Shown: in pieces, positions 58,535-64,000 of the stretch
Position numbering within the stretch: the first letter of the stretch is position 1
Layout: every line of letters begins with the position of its first letter
Source of the DNA: the human T2T-CHM13v2.0 reference genome, Homo sapiens
DNA: 64,000 bases
NCBI RefSeq assembly: GCF_009914755.1
Contig: NC_060936.1
Reading direction: 5' to 3' (one strand)
Made by a program: the position numbers and the translations under genes
Notes under the pieces: generated by a model
Database searches by the model: none
Told to the model about the DNA's origin: nothing
Seen by the model: only the letters and a program-made list of their open reading frames with translations

Positions 58535-58627
58535 CTGGGGTCCTGTTTCCTGACTTCAACGCCTGTAACAGCTGAGATCTCTCTTCCCCAGCCAGGACCT
58601 GGTGAGTCCCTGGTTGGCTTTGCTGCT
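58535..58627 (-). other. Candidate 93-nt minus-strand exon
   Basis: Minus-strand acceptor CCCCATTGTTTCTGCAG and donor CAG|GTAAGC. Confidence 0.25.
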
Positions 58628-59034
58628 CTGCAGAAACAATGGGGTGTTTTTTTGAGGGAAATGGAGCATCTTTGCTGCTGTGGTCCATCAGCTGCACCCC
58701 TGGTTTTGACCTATGGTCTGGCCATTCAGGGGGCAGCAGGGTTGAGGAGGGGCTCAAAATAATGACATCTGTGTCTTTGCCCCAGACATCCGCCAACCAC
58801 ACTGGGCTCTTGAGAGACTTGGAGCAAAGTGGAAGGGCAGGGTGCAGAGCCTGGGGGCTGCCCAGAGGGCTGGGGAGCTGGCCCAACTCTGGGCTCCCTG
58901 AAATCCTCAAACTCTTTTTCAAACAGCTGGGGGATTGCTTAACACCCACAGTCGGTTTTTCCAAGTTCTGCTTTCTTCCCCTTGATTTAACCCTATATGT
59001 AGCTCGGTGGAAATTTCACCTTTGCATGGGCCTG

Positions 59035-59160
59035 AATGTGCATGCACCTGTGTGCACTTGTGCATTTATGCATGTGGGTGCACGTGCACATGGGTGCGCG
59101 TGCATGTGGGTGCACGTGCATGTGGGTGCACGTGCATGTGTGAGTATGTTTGCACACACA
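59035..59160. repeat. Degenerate (GCATGTGGGTGCACGT)n purine-pyrimidine repeat
   Basis: Directly visible. Confidence 0.85.
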
Positions 59161-59325
59161 TAGGGCAATAGTACAGAGAATAGGAACTTGGGAACTGGGC
59201 ACTGAGTCTACAAAAATTACCAGCAATAAATTCATCTCGATTTCTATCACCCACTGGTACCCAACAAGGATAAGTTGGAATCATTTTTTAAAGTTGATGC
59301 TATATCATTCCATAGTGAAGAGGAG

Positions 59326-59751
59326 GGTTATGGATTGAATTGCACTCCTGCCCATTCATACCTCAAAGTGCTAATCCCCAGCGCCTCGGAATGTGACCTC
59401 GGTTGGAAACGAGGTTGTTGCAGATGTCATTAGTTAAGATCATACTGGAGTAGCGGGGCCCCTAGTCTGGTATGATCAGTTTCATTATAAAAGGGAGAAA
59501 GTGGAACAGAGGCGCACACACAGGGAGACCCTGAGGGAAGACTGAATTCTGCTGTCACCAGCCGAGGAAGTACCAGGAGCTGGAGAGAGGTGTGGAACAG
59601 ACCCTTCCCTGGCACCCTGTGAGGGAGCATGGCCCCGCTGACACGTGGATCTCAGATGTGGAGCCTCCAGAGCTGTGAGATAATAAATTTCTGTTGCTTA
59701 AGCTGCTCCATGTATGGTACTTTGTTACGGTGGTCCTGGGAGACTAACACA
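59326..59751 (+). mobile_element. MLT1B/C solo LTR
   Basis: TATGGATTGAATTG...GAATGTGACC...GCCTCCAGAGCTGTGAGATAATAAATTTCTGTTG...ACTAACACA. Confidence 0.88.
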
Positions 59752-60024
59752 GGAGTTATGATGCTGTCGATTTCCAATGACGAGTGGTTAAAAACGCACT
59801 CCTTTTTGGTTCTTTGGGATGCATTTTATATATTCTTCTAAGACTCGCTTTCCTATTTTGTTTGTTTGTAATTTTGTCAGGGAGATGTAAACTAATAAAC
59901 AAATGAACCCGCGTTTCCTTACCACGCATGCCTGCATTCCTCTTTCCAAGGAATAAGTCTTTCTTTACTCTCCTCCAAACTGGGTGTTTCACTCACATTC
60001 TCCTTATTGTTTCCTTCGTCACCT

Positions 60025-61352
<1,328 letters not shown>

Positions 61353-61428
61353 TCCTTCAACACTTAAAAAAAAATAACACCACCACCCTTCCTCACCCCA
61401 ATCAAGTGGGGTGTGAGGCAGTGGTCTT

Positions 61429-61724
<296 letters not shown>

Positions 61725-62632
61725 GCAGTGGTCTTGATAGCCAAGAAAGTGGTTGTCTGGATAAGCTCCCGCAGCCTCACCATCTCAGCTCTGTAATTTA
61801 CTAGCTCCAAGACTTCAGGTGAGTCACTAAACAGCCAGTAGCTTCAGTGTCACCAGCCGCAAAACAGGGACAATGACACCTCATGAGACCTGAATAAAGT
61901 AGTGCAAATAATGCATTATATCCAGACCATAAGAAAATGAAAAAGTTGAGTTTTCCAAGATGCATTGAATTTGCTCATTCATTTGGCAAACGCAATCAAG
62001 AACCTCCTCCTGCCTGTCTTGCTGTGTTCTGGGTGCGGCAATGCAAATGTTGATCAGAATAGTCCCCACCCTTAGGACTTTACCATCCTGTTCTTCACTA
62101 GAATGTGATTAGGCCTGGGAGAATTAGATGAGATGGGGACTTTTCAGCAATATGTGATAGAAATCCAGCTCAAACCTACTGAGACAGAAAATGACATTTA
62201 CTGACTCACTTAACTGAAAAATCCAAGGGCAGATGGCTTCGGGCGTGGCTGGACGTGGGTGCTCAAACACTGTTATCAGGAATTGACCCCTCTCCACCCC
62301 TTAGTTCTGCTTTGCCTGACTTTGGTGTCCTTCTTAGGTGATAAGGTGGCTACCAGCTGCTTCTGGCTTATATTGTACTCATTTAGAAAACCAGCAGTAG
62401 AATCTTTTGCCCAAAATACCAACCAAAGTCTTATGGAGTGCTCACATTGGCTTGGCTTTGGTCATGCCCCTGTTTAGTGACCCATGCCCCTATTTAGTGA
62501 CCCAGTTATATGGCCATGGGTTGGAAATGTACTGAATGGCCAGGTTTGGTTCACGGACCCATTCATGATGCCAGGAGGGAAGAATCAGCCCCTCTCAAGT
62601 CAGATGGATTGAATATAGAAAAGCAGTGATTC

Positions 62633-63071
<439 letters not shown>

Positions 63072-63294
63072 CTAGGGAAGCTTCAGGAAGGGGAAATGAA
63101 ACTGTGTTAGAGTTCCCCCAGGATAAAAATGGGTTATAAAAGGAGGAATTGCAGCAGAGGAAAGTAGTTTGTGCAAAATACTTAGACCTATGTTCCCTAG
63201 AGGACAAGTCATTCTGTAAAGGCTAGGGTAAAGCTAATCTAACAGGGAACTTGATTTACTTGCTTGCGGTTAAGAGAACAGGCTGACATCCATA

Positions 63295-63730
63295 GTTTTG
63301 TTTCTTAGATTGTATGTTTCAGTTCCAGAATTTCTATTTGACTCTTTTTTATAGTTTCTGTTTCTCTGCTGAGATTTCCCATCTGTTTATTCATTGTGAG
63401 TATATTTTCCTTTATAATACTGAATGCAATAATAATAGCTGCTTTAAAATCCTCATCTGATAATTCCAAAGTCTGGATCATTTCAAGGTTGGTCTACACA
63501 AATTGTCTTTTCTCTTGAAAAGAAAAGAAAAGACTTTTTTCTTGAAAAGAAAAGAACATGGGCCCCATGTACCTGGTTGTATGTCAAATAATTTTGGATT
63601 GCATCTTGGGTCTTATGAAAGTTATTTGTGAAGACTTTGGACTCTGTTATATTTCTGCAAAGAGTTTTGTTGTCTTGTTGTTAAACAGAGGATTGAGTTG
63701 CTTGGGCTGAACCTTCAGACTGTCTCTCTT
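63295..63730 (-). mobile_element. Old L1M 5'/ORF1-region fragment
   Basis: TTTCAGTTCCAGAATTTCTATTTG...TCTCTGCTGAGATTTCCCATC...ATAATAGCTGCTTTAAAATCC. Confidence 0.7.
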
Positions 63731-64000
63731 GGAGTTTTTAGATATGTGGAGATAAAAAGGGGCTGGTGACAGGGAGAGCAAAGGTCATTGTCATCCTGTT
63801 TCCCTGACTTGCTGCCTTCCTCCTGAGAGACAGCATGCCCAGAAGAGGAACTCCCTCTCGGGATACAGATCTGCTTATCCTGGGGAGCTTTAATGTCAAG
63901 GAAATGTGGTTCGTTAATGGCTGCAGAGATTGATCTCTGTGCTCTCTGAAGCTGTCTAATATGCTGTGATTTTCATGTCTAGCCTTCCACAGGGCAATAA

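Noticed and set aside
54521-58577. Exact 17-mer GCCTGTAACAGCTGAGA at 54521 and 58561
   Set aside because: About 0.1 such matches are expected by chance in 64 kb, and the flanks are not homologous.

Overview
This is primate, most likely human, euchromatic DNA that is intergenic or intronic. I identified it by eye from about 24 Alu/FLAM elements (J, S and Y types) plus L1M/L1PA, L2, MIR, L4, MaLR LTRs (MLT1, MST) and DNA-transposon fossils (MER82, MER33/Charlie5, MER20, MER58, Charlie2, MER63, MARNA). I found no protein-coding gene, tRNA, rRNA or CRISPR array. The long ORFs come from Alus, an L1 ORF2 remnant or simple repeats. A few well-formed splice-site pairs could be lncRNA exons, but I cannot name the locus. 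The most notable unexplained structure is a cluster of three local inverted duplications within about 17 kb: 8811-8970/9893-10069, 13455-13610/13962-14117 and 24535-24804/25422-25681. In the two transposon-derived pairs, the arms appear closer to each other than to the repeat consensus. The third pair has a 65-bp perfect block and one-sided CpG retention. Other oddities are an orphan poly(A)-tailed retro-insertion in MER33, a minisatellite built from a MER33 terminus, a left-left Alu homodimer and an ancient ~270-bp direct duplication. Repeat subfamily names come from recalled consensus sequences. Boundaries of old elements are approximate (tens of bp).
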